DNA of 64,000 nt from Myxococcota bacterium (GTDB lineage Bacteria > Myxococcota_A > UBA9160 > UBA6930): positions 206,461 to 270,460 of the forward strand of contig JANQOX010000025.1 of NCBI GenBank assembly GCA_028285625.1, written 5' to 3'. Shown piece by piece: positions 53,749 to 62,462 of the stretch (the stretch's first letter is position 1; each line of letters begins with the position of its first letter). A program made the translations under genes and the position numbers. Below the pieces are notes generated by a model. The model was given only the letters and a program-made list of their open reading frames with translations. It was not told where the DNA came from and ran no database searches.

Positions 53749-55109
53749 GGCGCCCGCCTCGGTGCCGATGCCTTCTCGAAGGCGAGCAGGCCGTCGGGCA
53801 GGGCGTGGCCGGTGGCGGCCAGCCGATCCTCGAAGCGCGAGGCCTCGCCCAGGCCGCGGAAGGTGCCGAACACCCGGCCCTCGTCGTCGACGCCGCGCTG
53901 CTCGAAGACGATCCGTTCTTCGAGGCGCGCGCGTTCGCCGTCCATCCCGACCATCTCCGAGATCGAGACGATGCGCCGGCTCCCGTCGGAGAAGCGTGCG
54001 AGCTGAACGACCACGTCGACGGCGCTGGCGATCAGGCGGCGGACGGCCTGCTCCGAGAACCCCGAGGTGCCCATGCTGGCCATCACCTCGATGCGCGAAA
54101 GGGCATCGCGTGGGTTGTTCGCGTGGACCGTGCTCATCGAGCCCGGGTGGCCCGTGTTCATCGCCTGCAGCATGTCCATGACCTCGGCGCCGCGGGCCTC
54201 GCCGACGATGATGCGATCCGGGCGCATGCGCAGACTGTTCTTCACCAGGTCCGAGAGCTGGACCTCGCCACGCCCTTCGAGGTTGGGCGGGCGAGACTCC
54301 AGCGTGACCACGTGGGGCTGGCGAAGCCGAAGCTCGGCGCTGTCCTCGATGGTGAGGATCCGCTCGGTCGGAGGGATGTAGTCGGAGAGCGCATTCAGCA
54401 GCGTGGTCTTGCCCGAGCCGGTGCCTCCCGAGATCAGCACGTTCAGCCGGGCCCCGACGGCGGCGGCGAGGTAGCGCTGCATCTCGTCGGTGAAGGCGCC
54501 CCCGTCGAGCAGGTCGTCGGCGCCGAGCGGGTCGCGCCCGAACTTGCGGATCGAGATGGCGGGGCCCCCGAGCGCGAGAGGCGGCAGGATCACGTTCACC
54601 CGCGAGCCGTCGGCGAGCCGCGCGTCGACCATGGGCGAGGCCTCATCCACGCGCCGGCCCACGGCCGCCACGATGCGGTCGATCACCTGGCGCAGGTGCG
54701 CCGCATCGCGGAACCGCACGTCGGTGCGGTGGAGGACGCCGGAGCGTTCGACGTAGACGTCGTCGGGCCCGTTCACGAGCACGTCCTGCACCTCGGGATC
54801 GCGAATCAACGTCTCGAGCGGACCGAGGCCGAGGACCTCGTCGACCAGCTCGCTCACCAGGCGCGCACGCTCGCCCCGGTTGAGCGGGACGTGGGTCTCG
54901 CTGGCGATCTGGACCAGCGCTTCGCGGACCTCGCGTTCGAGCGCTCCGCGGTCGCGCGGACCGGCGGCATCGAGATCGAGCGAGGCGACCAGGGCCTCGT
55001 GCACGCGATCCTTCAGCAGGTCGAACTCGCTGGTCGCGTCGAGGACCTGCGCGGCGGCCTCGGTGGGCAGGGCAGCGTCGCCACCCCGAAGACGTTCGGC
55101 GAGCCTCAT
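53745..55109 (-). CDS. cpaF: Flp pilus assembly ATPase CpaF/TadA
   Basis: ATG at 55109 overlaps the cpaE stop. LISGGTGSGKTTLLNAL (Walker A), RILTIEDSAEL, RMRPDRIIVGEARG, GHPGSMSTVHAN. Confidence 0.93.
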   Translation of the reverse strand: MRLAERLRGGDAALPTEAAAQVLDATSEFDLLKDRVHEALVASLDLDAAGPRDRGALEREVREALVQIASETHVPLNRGERARLVSELVDEVLGLGPLETLIRDPEVQDVLVNGPDDVYVERSGVLHRTDVRFRDAAHLRQVIDRIVAAVGRRVDEASPMVDARLADGSRVNVILPPLALGGPAISIRKFGRDPLGADDLLDGGAFTDEMQRYLAAAVGARLNVLISGGTGSGKTTLLNALSDYIPPTERILTIEDSAELRLRQPHVVTLESRPPNLEGRGEVQLSDLVKNSLRMRPDRIIVGEARGAEVMDMLQAMNTGHPGSMSTVHANNPRDALSRIEVMASMGTSGFSEQAVRRLIASAVDVVVQLARFSDGSRRIVSISEMVGMDGERARLEERIVFEQRGVDDEGRVFGTFRGLGEASRFEDRLAATGHALPDGLLAFEKASAPRRAP

Positions 55110-56254
55110 TGCCCGGTTCCGCCGAACAGCCGGCGCCACCACGCGGTGGCCTCGGGCTGGGCCTGTCCGAGCAGGTGGGCGGCGAGGGCGTCGATCGCGC
55201 GCGAGGCGTCCGCCTCGGCGTCGATCCGGCCGATCGGCCGGCGTTCGCGCGCCGCAGCTGCCCACAAAGAGCGGTCCTCGGCGATCTGCGCGACGGGCTC
55301 GTACCCGATGATGCGCTCGAGGTCAGCGGGCCGGATGTCGTCGCCGGCCGCAGTGCGCGTGAGCACGACCTCGACCGCTGCCGTCGCCCCGATCTCGTTC
55401 ACGAACTCGAGCGCGGCCTGGGCGCGGCGCAGGCTCGCCGGAGAGGGCGTCACCACCAGCAGGATCCGGTCGGCGGCCTCGAGCGCGCAGAGCACGGGAC
55501 GCGAGAAGTCGTGCGGCAGGTCGAGCACCAGATGGTCGAGGTGGGATCGCAGCGTCGCGAGCAGCGAGGCCAGCGGTCCTGCGCCCACGCCCTCGGCATC
55601 CTGAACGGCGCCTTCGCAGGTGGAGAAGCGGAAGCCGTCGCCCTCGTACCGCGCGAGCGTTGCGTCGAGCAGTTCGCGATCGAGTCGGTCGAGACGGCCG
55701 AGGAGCTCGTGGGGCCCGGCCGGGCAGGGGCCCGCGAGCCAGCTTCCCAAGCCGCCTACGTACAGGTCGAGATCGAGCAGGAGGACCTCGCCCCCGCTGC
55801 GCACGTGCAGCCGGTCGGCGAGGGCCGCGCAGAGGCTCGTCGAGCCCGCGCCACCCGAGGGCGCGAATACGGCCGTGACCGTGGCGCCCGACTGGCCCGT
55901 GACGTCGAGACAACGGTCGACCGCCGAGCGAAGCGCGCCCGCTGCGCCGTCGCGTGTGGCGAGGTCGCGTGCGCCGGCGCGAAACGCGGCGAGGACGACC
56001 TCGGTGGGGGCTTCGTCCGCGAGCGCGAGGATCGGGAGCTCCGGTGCGGCCTCGCGTAGCCGAGCGACCCAGCCGAGCGCGCGTTGGGCGTCGGGCGCGA
56101 GGTCGACCACCACGAGCTTCGCGCCGCCTTCGGCAACCCGGCCCAACGCCTGCTCGACCGTCTCGGCAGCCGCGAAGGGGCCCGCGTCGTTTCCGAGCTC
56201 GCCCATCAGCCAGCGCAGGCTCGCCTGCTTCTCGGAAAGGACGACCAGGCTCAT
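55106..56254 (-). CDS. cpaE: CpaE/TadZ-like protein (REC-like N-domain + MinD/ParA-like domain with degenerate P-loop)
   Basis: N-terminal receiver-like KLVVVDLAPD...PILALAD. At the P-loop position it reads VFAPSGGAGSTSL instead of KGGxGKT. The rest is colinear with MinD/ParA-like proteins (VLLLDLDL...LVLDLPH). Confidence 0.75.
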   Translation of the reverse strand: MSLVVLSEKQASLRWLMGELGNDAGPFAAAETVEQALGRVAEGGAKLVVVDLAPDAQRALGWVARLREAAPELPILALADEAPTEVVLAAFRAGARDLATRDGAAGALRSAVDRCLDVTGQSGATVTAVFAPSGGAGSTSLCAALADRLHVRSGGEVLLLDLDLYVGGLGSWLAGPCPAGPHELLGRLDRLDRELLDATLARYEGDGFRFSTCEGAVQDAEGVGAGPLASLLATLRSHLDHLVLDLPHDFSRPVLCALEAADRILLVVTPSPASLRRAQAALEFVNEIGATAAVEVVLTRTAAGDDIRPADLERIIGYEPVAQIAEDRSLWAAAARERRPIGRIDAEADASRAIDALAAHLLGQAQPEATAWWRRLFGGTGQ

Positions 56255-57651
56255 TCGGAGAACCCGAAGGGCCCGCTGAACTCGGGCGTGCCGGTGGCGC
56301 GGACGGGCTCGTCCTCGCGCGGCGGCGCCATCGTCCGGTTCAAGAGGAAGAAGTCGACGTCCGACACGTCACCCGCCCAGTCGTCGCCAGGCAGCGCCGG
56401 TTCGCGGTCGACGGCGCGCGCCAGTCGCGCGGTCACGGCGATCACCAGCTCGGTTTCGTCGGTGCGCGCCTCCTTGCGGGTGAAGAGCGTGCCCAGGCCA
56501 GGGATGTCGCCGAGGAAGGGCAGCCGACCATCCGCCAGCGAGTTCTCCTCCTGGAGCAGGCCCGCCATCACGAACGTCTGGCCGTCCTTCAGCTGCAGCG
56601 TGGCGGCCGCGCGGCGCGTGCGGACACCCGGGACCGCTACCCCGCCCGAGACGGTGCCGAGAGATTCGTCGGTGTTGCTCACCTCGGGCTCGACGCGCAG
56701 GCTGATCGTCTCGGGCGCGACCACGGTCGGCGTGAACCGCAGCAGCGTGCCGAACTCCTTGAACTCGATCGACGTCACGCCGTCGCGCACCGCCACCGGC
56801 ACCGCGAACTCGCCCCCGACCAGGAAGCTCGCCTGCTGGCCGCTCATCGAGACCAGGGTCGGGCTCGCCAGCAGCCGGGCGAAGCCCTGCTCGCGAAGCA
56901 GACTCAGCACCGAGAGGAAGTCGTCGTCGAAGGCGGCGATCTGGAAGGCGGACGCGAACGGCGTGAGCGCGGTGAGGGCCGACTGGATGATGGTGTCCTC
57001 GGCCGAGGTGGCCTCGCCGGAGACGTCGCCGGCCGGAATCACGCCCAGCGTGAACTCGTCACTGATCAAGAACGACAAGCCCATCCGCCGAAGGCCGGAC
57101 CGCGAGACCTCGGCGACCCGAACCTGGAGCTGCACCTGCTGATCGCCCCCGACGCGCATCAGGTTCGTGACCTGCGCGCCCAGGGCCTTGGCCACGGCGA
57201 GCACCCGCTGCTGGTGCTCCATGCTGGGCACCGTACCGTCGAGCAACACCCCGTCGCGCCCGGGCAGTACGCGGACATCGCCCTCCGGGACGAGTTCCTG
57301 GAGGCGTCGATCGATCGACGCCGCGAGGCCGTCGGGCAGGGAGACCTCGAGCTCATACACGTCCACTCGCGCTTCGCCGTGCCACAGGATCAGGTTCGTC
57401 GCGCCCACGCCGCCGCTGGCCGTGACCAGGATCTGGGTGGGGGTGAGCAGACTCACGTCGGCGATCGACGGGTCGGCCACGGACATGCGCGAGATCGGTG
57501 TGCTGGTGCGCAGCACCAACGACTTGCCGCGCTCGACCGAGAGCTGCTTGGGTGCCGCCGCATCCACCAGGTCGGCTGCGGACGGTCGCCAGGGCGTTGC
57601 CAGCAGCAGTCCCAGCACGAGCACGGCGGAGAGAATCGGTCGTGCGATCAT
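56251..57651 (-). CDS. cpaC: Flp pilus secretin CpaC/RcpA
   Basis: Signal peptide. Pilus N-terminal region (ISRMSVADPSIADV). Secretin core LASPTLVSMSGQQASFLVGGEFAVPV ... LPFLGDIPGLGTLF. Confidence 0.9.
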   Translation of the reverse strand: MIARPILSAVLVLGLLLATPWRPSAADLVDAAAPKQLSVERGKSLVLRTSTPISRMSVADPSIADVSLLTPTQILVTASGGVGATNLILWHGEARVDVYELEVSLPDGLAASIDRRLQELVPEGDVRVLPGRDGVLLDGTVPSMEHQQRVLAVAKALGAQVTNLMRVGGDQQVQLQVRVAEVSRSGLRRMGLSFLISDEFTLGVIPAGDVSGEATSAEDTIIQSALTALTPFASAFQIAAFDDDFLSVLSLLREQGFARLLASPTLVSMSGQQASFLVGGEFAVPVAVRDGVTSIEFKEFGTLLRFTPTVVAPETISLRVEPEVSNTDESLGTVSGGVAVPGVRTRRAAATLQLKDGQTFVMAGLLQEENSLADGRLPFLGDIPGLGTLFTRKEARTDETELVIAVTARLARAVDREPALPGDDWAGDVSDVDFFLLNRTMAPPREDEPVRATGTPEFSGPFGFSE

Positions 57652-58670
57652 TCGTAGAAGGTCCGTTCGCTGCGCCGTCCGCCACGGACGACCTCGACGC
57701 GCGAGGTGGCGCGCCGTTTGGTGAGCAGGTCGGTGAGCGCCTGGCCGCGCGTGGCCACCTGGCCGGTGTCGTCCTGGTTGCGACCCAAGAGCCGCAGCAG
57801 GCTGCGAGACGTCGCGTCGGTCGCGACGGCGAGCCGCTCGGCATCTTCGGGAGGCACGAGCAGGGTGACCCGCCGGGCGGGCTGGGGCCGGTCGACGCCG
57901 CCCTCGAAGGTCTGCTCGGTGGCGAGCACCTCGACGTCCTGCAGGATCAGCCGCGAGACCATGCGCGTGGCACTCACCTGGCCGGGAGCGCCGGGTGCCG
58001 TGTTGCCTCCGCTCGCGAAGGTGCTGAACGGAGAGGTGAGGATCACGTCCACGCGGTCGCCGGGTCGCAATACGCCCGCGATGCCATCGGTCTCGCGCAC
58101 TTCGATGGTGATGGCGCGCAGGCCCGGCGGAATGTCGTCGACCAGGGTGCGGTCGCGCTCCACCAGGGTCGATGCGCCGCTCTCCCGCGTGAAGGCCAGC
58201 TCTCGAGCGCCGATCGGGCCCTCGTCCGAGGGGTTGCGGACCAGCAGCGCAAAGCGCGCGCCTTCGGCGGCCGCGACGGACATGGCCTGCTCGGGTGTGG
58301 CCAGGATCGAGACGGGCAGGGCGCCCCCGCGCCGCGACGGGGCCTCGCCAACGGCATGCACCGTCACGTCCTCGAGCAGCAGTCGCGAGACGCGGTCGCC
58401 GTCGGCAGACGGAAGCTCCGAGGTGGCTACGACGTCCACGCGGTCGCCCGGAGACAGCGCGCCCCCGTGGCCGCCGACCCGCTCGATGGGCAGGGCCACG
58501 GCGCGCATGCCCACCGGAATCTCCCGCTCGACCGTCTCGGCGTCCTCGTCGGGCGGCGCTGCAGCCACGGGGGGCGTCGCCGTGTCGGACGGCCCGATTG
58601 CCACGCGCACGGCGACCAGCCCGACCAGCAGGGCCGCCAGCAATACGATCCAGGTGCGAGCGCTGGGCAT
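57648..58670 (-). CDS. cpaB: CpaB/RcpC family pilus assembly protein with duplicated RcpC-type module
   Basis: N-terminal TM segment. Module 1: IPVGMRAVALPIERVGG..LSPGDRVDVVATS...LLEDVTVHAVGE...TPEQAMSVAAAE. Module 2: IPPGLRAITIEVRETDGIAGVLRPGDRVDVILTS...ILQDVEVLATEQ...PPEDAERLAVATD. Confidence 0.8.
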   Translation of the reverse strand: MPSARTWIVLLAALLVGLVAVRVAIGPSDTATPPVAAAPPDEDAETVEREIPVGMRAVALPIERVGGHGGALSPGDRVDVVATSELPSADGDRVSRLLLEDVTVHAVGEAPSRRGGALPVSILATPEQAMSVAAAEGARFALLVRNPSDEGPIGARELAFTRESGASTLVERDRTLVDDIPPGLRAITIEVRETDGIAGVLRPGDRVDVILTSPFSTFASGGNTAPGAPGQVSATRMVSRLILQDVEVLATEQTFEGGVDRPQPARRVTLLVPPEDAERLAVATDATSRSLLRLLGRNQDDTGQVATRGQALTDLLTKRRATSRVEVVRGGRRSERTFYE

Positions 58671-58680
58671 GGAAGCGTCC

Positions 58681-59094
58681 TCATCGAAGCGGGACCACGG
58701 AGACCGCAGACAGCGACTGCGGGATCAAGGCGTCGGGCAGGTAGCCGACGAGGGGTTCGTAGGGCAGCCGCTCCACCGCGACGCGCAGACGGCGCGGAGC
58801 GGCGGCGGCCTGCGGCAGCTCTTCGACGACGATCGCGTCGGCCGGGAGATCGCCAATCCAGTACGACTCGCGTAGCGCCGTCCTCGCGAACTGCGCCGGG
58901 TCTTCGCCCAGCCAGTCGCGTGCGGTTCCGCCGGACTGCGCACCGGAGTCGACCGCCTGGACGAGCACGAGTCGCGTGGTGAGGAGCCAGCCGAACTCGA
59001 GCATTGCGAAGACCACGAGCAGCAGCGCGGGAAGCACGATCGCGAACTCGAGTGCCGCCGTGCCTGCGCGCCGTCGTCGATCGCGCCGCGTCAC
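58681..59094 (-). CDS. tadE: TadE-like pseudopilin
   Basis: GTG at 59094 overlaps the cpaA stop (GTGA). GTAALEFAIVLPALLLVVFAMLEFGWLL. Confidence 0.8.
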   Translation of the reverse strand: MTRRDRRRRAGTAALEFAIVLPALLLVVFAMLEFGWLLTTRLVLVQAVDSGAQSGGTARDWLGEDPAQFARTALRESYWIGDLPADAIVVEELPQAAAAPRRLRVAVERLPYEPLVGYLPDALIPQSLSAVSVVPLR

Positions 59095-59594
59095 CAGAGG
59101 TCTCCGAGCGCCAACCAGGCCGTGAACCCGGCGGCCAGGGCCACGGCGTAGGGCAGGGTGTGCGCCGTGGGCTCGGCGTTGGCGCGGCCCGCCTCTCCCG
59201 TCGCAAGCAGCGTCGCGAGGTCGCGAAACGGGCGCGCCGGATCGACCCTTCGGCGGCGAACCAGCGCGACGCCCAGGGCCAGCAGGGCTCCCGCCACTGC
59301 GGAGTAGGCGAAGACCGCGATCACCGAGGTCGTGCCCAACCAGGCGCCGAGTGCCGCGAGCAGCTTCACGTCGCCGCCGCCCATGCCACCCAGTGCGAAC
59401 GGCCCGATCAGCAGCAGCCCACCGACGACGAGGCCCGCGAGCGGCACGCCGACGGGTGTTCCCGCGAGCGCATGAAACGCCAACGCGGTGATCGCCGAGC
59501 AGGCGACCAGCACGTTCGGGATCCGCCGCGCCTTCAGGTCGGTATGGACCGCGACCGCCAGCGTGGCTGCGCACGCTGCCACGATCAGGCTCAC
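59091..59594 (-). CDS. cpaA: Prepilin peptidase CpaA/TadV (A24 family)
   Basis: HTDLKARRIPN and GMGGGDVKLLAALGAW (two catalytic Asp contexts). 167 aa, polytopic. Confidence 0.88.
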   Translation of the reverse strand: MSLIVAACAATLAVAVHTDLKARRIPNVLVACSAITALAFHALAGTPVGVPLAGLVVGGLLLIGPFALGGMGGGDVKLLAALGAWLGTTSVIAVFAYSAVAGALLALGVALVRRRRVDPARPFRDLATLLATGEAGRANAEPTAHTLPYAVALAAGFTAWLALGDLW

Positions 59595-59803
59595 CGGGTG
59601 GTCTGCTCGCTCGCGATCTGGTTCTCGGCGTCGTCGAGCCGGTCGGTGAGCGCGTCGAATACGTTCTCGATCCGGTCGCCGAACGTCCCGAGGGCCACGA
59701 TCAGCACCGCGCCGATCAGGCCGGCGATCAGCCCGTATTCGATCGCGGTCACGCCGCTCTCGTCGTCTCGAAGTCGTTGCAGGAGCTCACGGAGTCTTCG
59801 CAT
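59591..59803 (-). CDS. flp: Flp family type IVb pilin
   Basis: MRRLRELLQRLRDDESG/VTAIEYGLIAGLIGAVLIVAL: Flp leader plus the G/xTAIEYGLIA processing motif. GGAGAA lies 5 nt before the ATG at 59803. The stop overlaps the cpaA start. Confidence 0.9.
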   Translation of the reverse strand: MRRLRELLQRLRDDESGVTAIEYGLIAGLIGAVLIVALGTFGDRIENVFDALTDRLDDAENQIASEQTTR

Positions 59804-60131
59804 CGGGTTCTCCATCCTGTTTGGTGGTTCCGGCCGCGGGAGCGGCAGGCGAGTAGACCTCTCGCGCGAGAGGGCGCCCTCCCAGGAGCAGCACGACGGT
59901 CACCGGTTCCTGGGTCTCGGCCGTCTCGCGGTAGCGCGTCGCGACTTCACGCATCACGTCCCGGGCCTCGCCCGCGTGGGCCGGCTTCACCCGAATCCAG
60001 AGCTCGTGCTGCGGCCGCACCTCGAGGCTCGCGAGAGGCAGGTCGGACGTCCGCGCCTTCAGGTCGGGCGACTCCGCGAGCGAGGCGCTCGCGAGTCCGC
60101 ACGCGATCAGGACGATCCACGCTGCTCTCAT
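59787..60131 (-). CDS. Small secreted protein, function unknown
   Basis: The ATG overlaps the upstream stop (ATGA). Signal peptide MRAAWIVLIACGLASASLA. High GC3. The 3' end overlaps the flp start by 17 nt. Confidence 0.6.
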   Translation of the reverse strand: MRAAWIVLIACGLASASLAESPDLKARTSDLPLASLEVRPQHELWIRVKPAHAGEARDVMREVATRYRETAETQEPVTVVLLLGGRPLAREVYSPAAPAAGTTKQDGEPDAKTP

Positions 60132-60937
60132 GCCCGGCCCCTGGCACGTCGACGACGCACGAACGACCAGGCCAGCGCGGCGAGGCCGGCTTCGAAGCCC
60201 AGGCCGCAGGCGCGCCCGACGCCTTCCTTGTTGATGTGCCCACCGCTGCTGCACTGGGGGTCGGGGGTCGCGCCTCCGATGCCCCCGTCCCAGTCGATGC
60301 GGCCATCGTTGTCGTTGTCGATCTCGTCGTCGCACTGGGGCGACTCGTTGAATCCGATTGCGTTGAAGCAGCCGGGGTCGGCCGTGTCGACGAGGCCGTC
60401 GCCATCGTTGTCGACGCCGTCGTTGCACGCGCGCACCGGAAAGCTGAGCCCGGCGCCAGACGCCGTGGGCACCGCGGCGCCGGCCAGGTATTGCCCGTTG
60501 GCGATCACGCCGAAGCCCTGGACGCCGGTCGCGAACGTGATGTCGGCGATGTCGTCGGGCACGGCACCGAGCGCGAGCTGGAACGTGATCGTACCGAGCA
60601 CCGTCGGGCTGGTGATGGGGGCCGCGATGCCCTGGTCGGCGCCGTTGAAGGCATCGAGCTGGCCTGGGATCGTCTGGACCATCGGGCCGAACGCATCACC
60701 CTGCACCGGGGCCGGTGGCGTGTTGGTGTACGAGCCGGTCCAGGTGACCTTCGTCTCGTCCACGGCGAACGAGAAGTTGTAGGCCGCGAGATCCACCGTG
60801 CCGCCCTGCGGGTCGAGCACGACGTCTACGGTGAGGTCGCCGTCGGGGTTGTCGAGGAGAACCACCCAGGACGCTGCGGGCTGTGCCGCCAGGACCAGGG
60901 TGGCCGCTACGGTGAGAAGTCGAATAAGGGTGTGCAT
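60128..60937 (-). CDS. Secreted protein with CxDGxDNDxDG Ca-binding-type Cys repeats and a Cys-containing C-terminal TM/Arg-rich sorting-like tail
   Basis: Signal peptide MHTLIRLLTVAATLVLAAQPAAS. Repeats ACNDGVDNDGDGLVDTADPGC and QCDDEIDNDNDGRIDWD...DPQC. C-terminus RACGLGFEAGLAALAWSFVRRRRARG. Confidence 0.75.
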   Translation of the reverse strand: MHTLIRLLTVAATLVLAAQPAASWVVLLDNPDGDLTVDVVLDPQGGTVDLAAYNFSFAVDETKVTWTGSYTNTPPAPVQGDAFGPMVQTIPGQLDAFNGADQGIAAPITSPTVLGTITFQLALGAVPDDIADITFATGVQGFGVIANGQYLAGAAVPTASGAGLSFPVRACNDGVDNDGDGLVDTADPGCFNAIGFNESPQCDDEIDNDNDGRIDWDGGIGGATPDPQCSSGGHINKEGVGRACGLGFEAGLAALAWSFVRRRRARGRA

Positions 60938-62391
60938 CAGAACCAGGGCTCCGCGGTCAGCCATCGCGGCCGGAAGAGGAAGTAGTCGCCGAGGTCGACG
61001 AAACCGTCGCCGTTCATGTCGCGGTCTTCGTTTCCGGGCGAAGGCGCCTCGAGATAGCTCGAGGCGAAGTCGAAGAAGTCGGCGAGGTCGACGAAGCCAT
61101 CGTTGTTGAGGTCGGCGTCGGCCACGTTGCCGGTGCCGTCTCCATCGAAGTCCTCCTGACCGGGGTTCGGCGTGAAGAAGGCGTTGTCGGCGGAATCGGG
61201 GATGCCGTCTCCGTCCTGGTCCGGCGCGCCCGCCGGGAAGTACATGGTGAACCGCGGCGTGACACCCGGCCCCCAGAAGTCCTGGCCCGCCGCGGTGCAG
61301 CTTCCGCCGTCCACCGTGGTCGGGTTCCACAGCACGCCGAGGCTCGCGCCCCACGAGTTGTAGATCGCGCCGGTGGCGGGGTCGTCTTCGCAGCTGTCGG
61401 GGGCGAGCTCCTTGTACTCGGAGCCGTTGCCTTCGTCGACGGGCGCTCCCCCGCCGGCAACGCGCGCCACGACCGAGGCTTCGATCACCGCCGCATAGCC
61501 GGTTTCCGTACCGGCGCCTCCCCCGAAGGCGTCGCCACCGCCGATGTGGACGTTGCCCTCAGCGTCGAAGCCGAGGCTCGAGGCCGACAGCACGTTGCTG
61601 GCCAGCAGTGCGCCGTCCACGCCGTAGTCGAGCGGTGTCCCTGTGCCGAGCGCGTTGAAGACCTGTGCCGAGCTGAAGTAGCGGATCTCGCCGGTCTGGC
61701 CGGGCGGCGCAAAGCCGAGTCCGGTGACCAGATTGCCGAACGGATCGATCCCGATCGCGCCCGATGCACCTGGGATGTTCTGGATGAGCGCGCCGCCCGG
61801 ATCGTTCGGCACCGACGTGTCGATGGCGCCGATTCCCGAAATGCAGGGGATGCCCTGACCGCAGGACCAGAGCCCACCGGTGAGCACCAGCAGGTCGTTG
61901 CCGAGCCACTCGCCCTCCTGGTAGTTGATCGGGTACGCCTGTACGCCGGGCGCCGTATCGAGCACGGGCGGATTGGTGGTATCGAGCGCGCTGGTCGGAA
62001 TCACCAGCAGGTCCTGGGCGAAACCCAAGCCGAGCGCGATCTTCGTGCCATCGGGCGAGATCCGCACGAAGGCCGGGTCCATCACGCCCTGAGTCGTGCC
62101 GACCGGGATGAACGCGCTCGCGCCGTGGTTCTTCTGCAGGTAGAGCGTCTGATCCATGGCGACCAGCGACAGTCCGTCGACCGGGAAGTTGCCGATCTGC
62201 TCGCCCGCCGTCGGGGGAAACTGGTCGACGACGGCGACGAATCCGCTCTGGATCGTCGGGAACGACACCTCCTGGGTCGAGCCTTGCGCGGTTCCGTAGT
62301 CGTCGAAGTCGTCTGCGTGTGCGGTCGCGGCCAGCGCGAGCCCCACGATCGCGATCAAGAGTCGCAACGGGTTCCTCCTCGAACGTTGCAT
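60937..62391 (-). CDS. Secreted protein: beta-propeller-like N-region + thrombospondin-type-3 / dockerin-like Ca-binding repeats
   Basis: ATG at 62391 follows GGAGGAGG. Signal peptide LLIAIVGLALAATAHA. DQDGDGIPDSADN, DFDGDGTGNVADADLNNDGFVDLADFFDF, DRDMNGDGFVDLGDYFLF. Confidence 0.8.
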   Translation of the reverse strand: MQRSRRNPLRLLIAIVGLALAATAHADDFDDYGTAQGSTQEVSFPTIQSGFVAVVDQFPPTAGEQIGNFPVDGLSLVAMDQTLYLQKNHGASAFIPVGTTQGVMDPAFVRISPDGTKIALGLGFAQDLLVIPTSALDTTNPPVLDTAPGVQAYPINYQEGEWLGNDLLVLTGGLWSCGQGIPCISGIGAIDTSVPNDPGGALIQNIPGASGAIGIDPFGNLVTGLGFAPPGQTGEIRYFSSAQVFNALGTGTPLDYGVDGALLASNVLSASSLGFDAEGNVHIGGGDAFGGGAGTETGYAAVIEASVVARVAGGGAPVDEGNGSEYKELAPDSCEDDPATGAIYNSWGASLGVLWNPTTVDGGSCTAAGQDFWGPGVTPRFTMYFPAGAPDQDGDGIPDSADNAFFTPNPGQEDFDGDGTGNVADADLNNDGFVDLADFFDFASSYLEAPSPGNEDRDMNGDGFVDLGDYFLFRPRWLTAEPWF

Positions 62392-62434
62392 CTGCCACCT
62401 CCTCCCCAAGCTTGTCAACAAGAGGTCGCCGTGG

Positions 62435-62462
62435 GCGGGCCGCACCCGACGGTGCGGCCCGC
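62435..62462 (-). terminator. Perfect 12-bp GC-rich stem-loop just after the PEP-CTERM gene stop (terminator/attenuator candidate)
   Basis: The minus strand reads GCGGGCCGCACC-GUCG-GGUGCGGCCCGC, starting 19 nt after the stop at 62481. It is followed by CCACGGCGACCUCUUGUUG, so there is no clean U-tract. Confidence 0.5.

Noticed and set aside
62413-62418. Perfect TTGACA hexamer (minus strand) between the hairpin and the next gene.
   Set aside because: A -10 element at 17-nt spacing would be GCAGAT and would overlap the start codon itself. There is no room for a leader and SD, so it is probably fortuitous.
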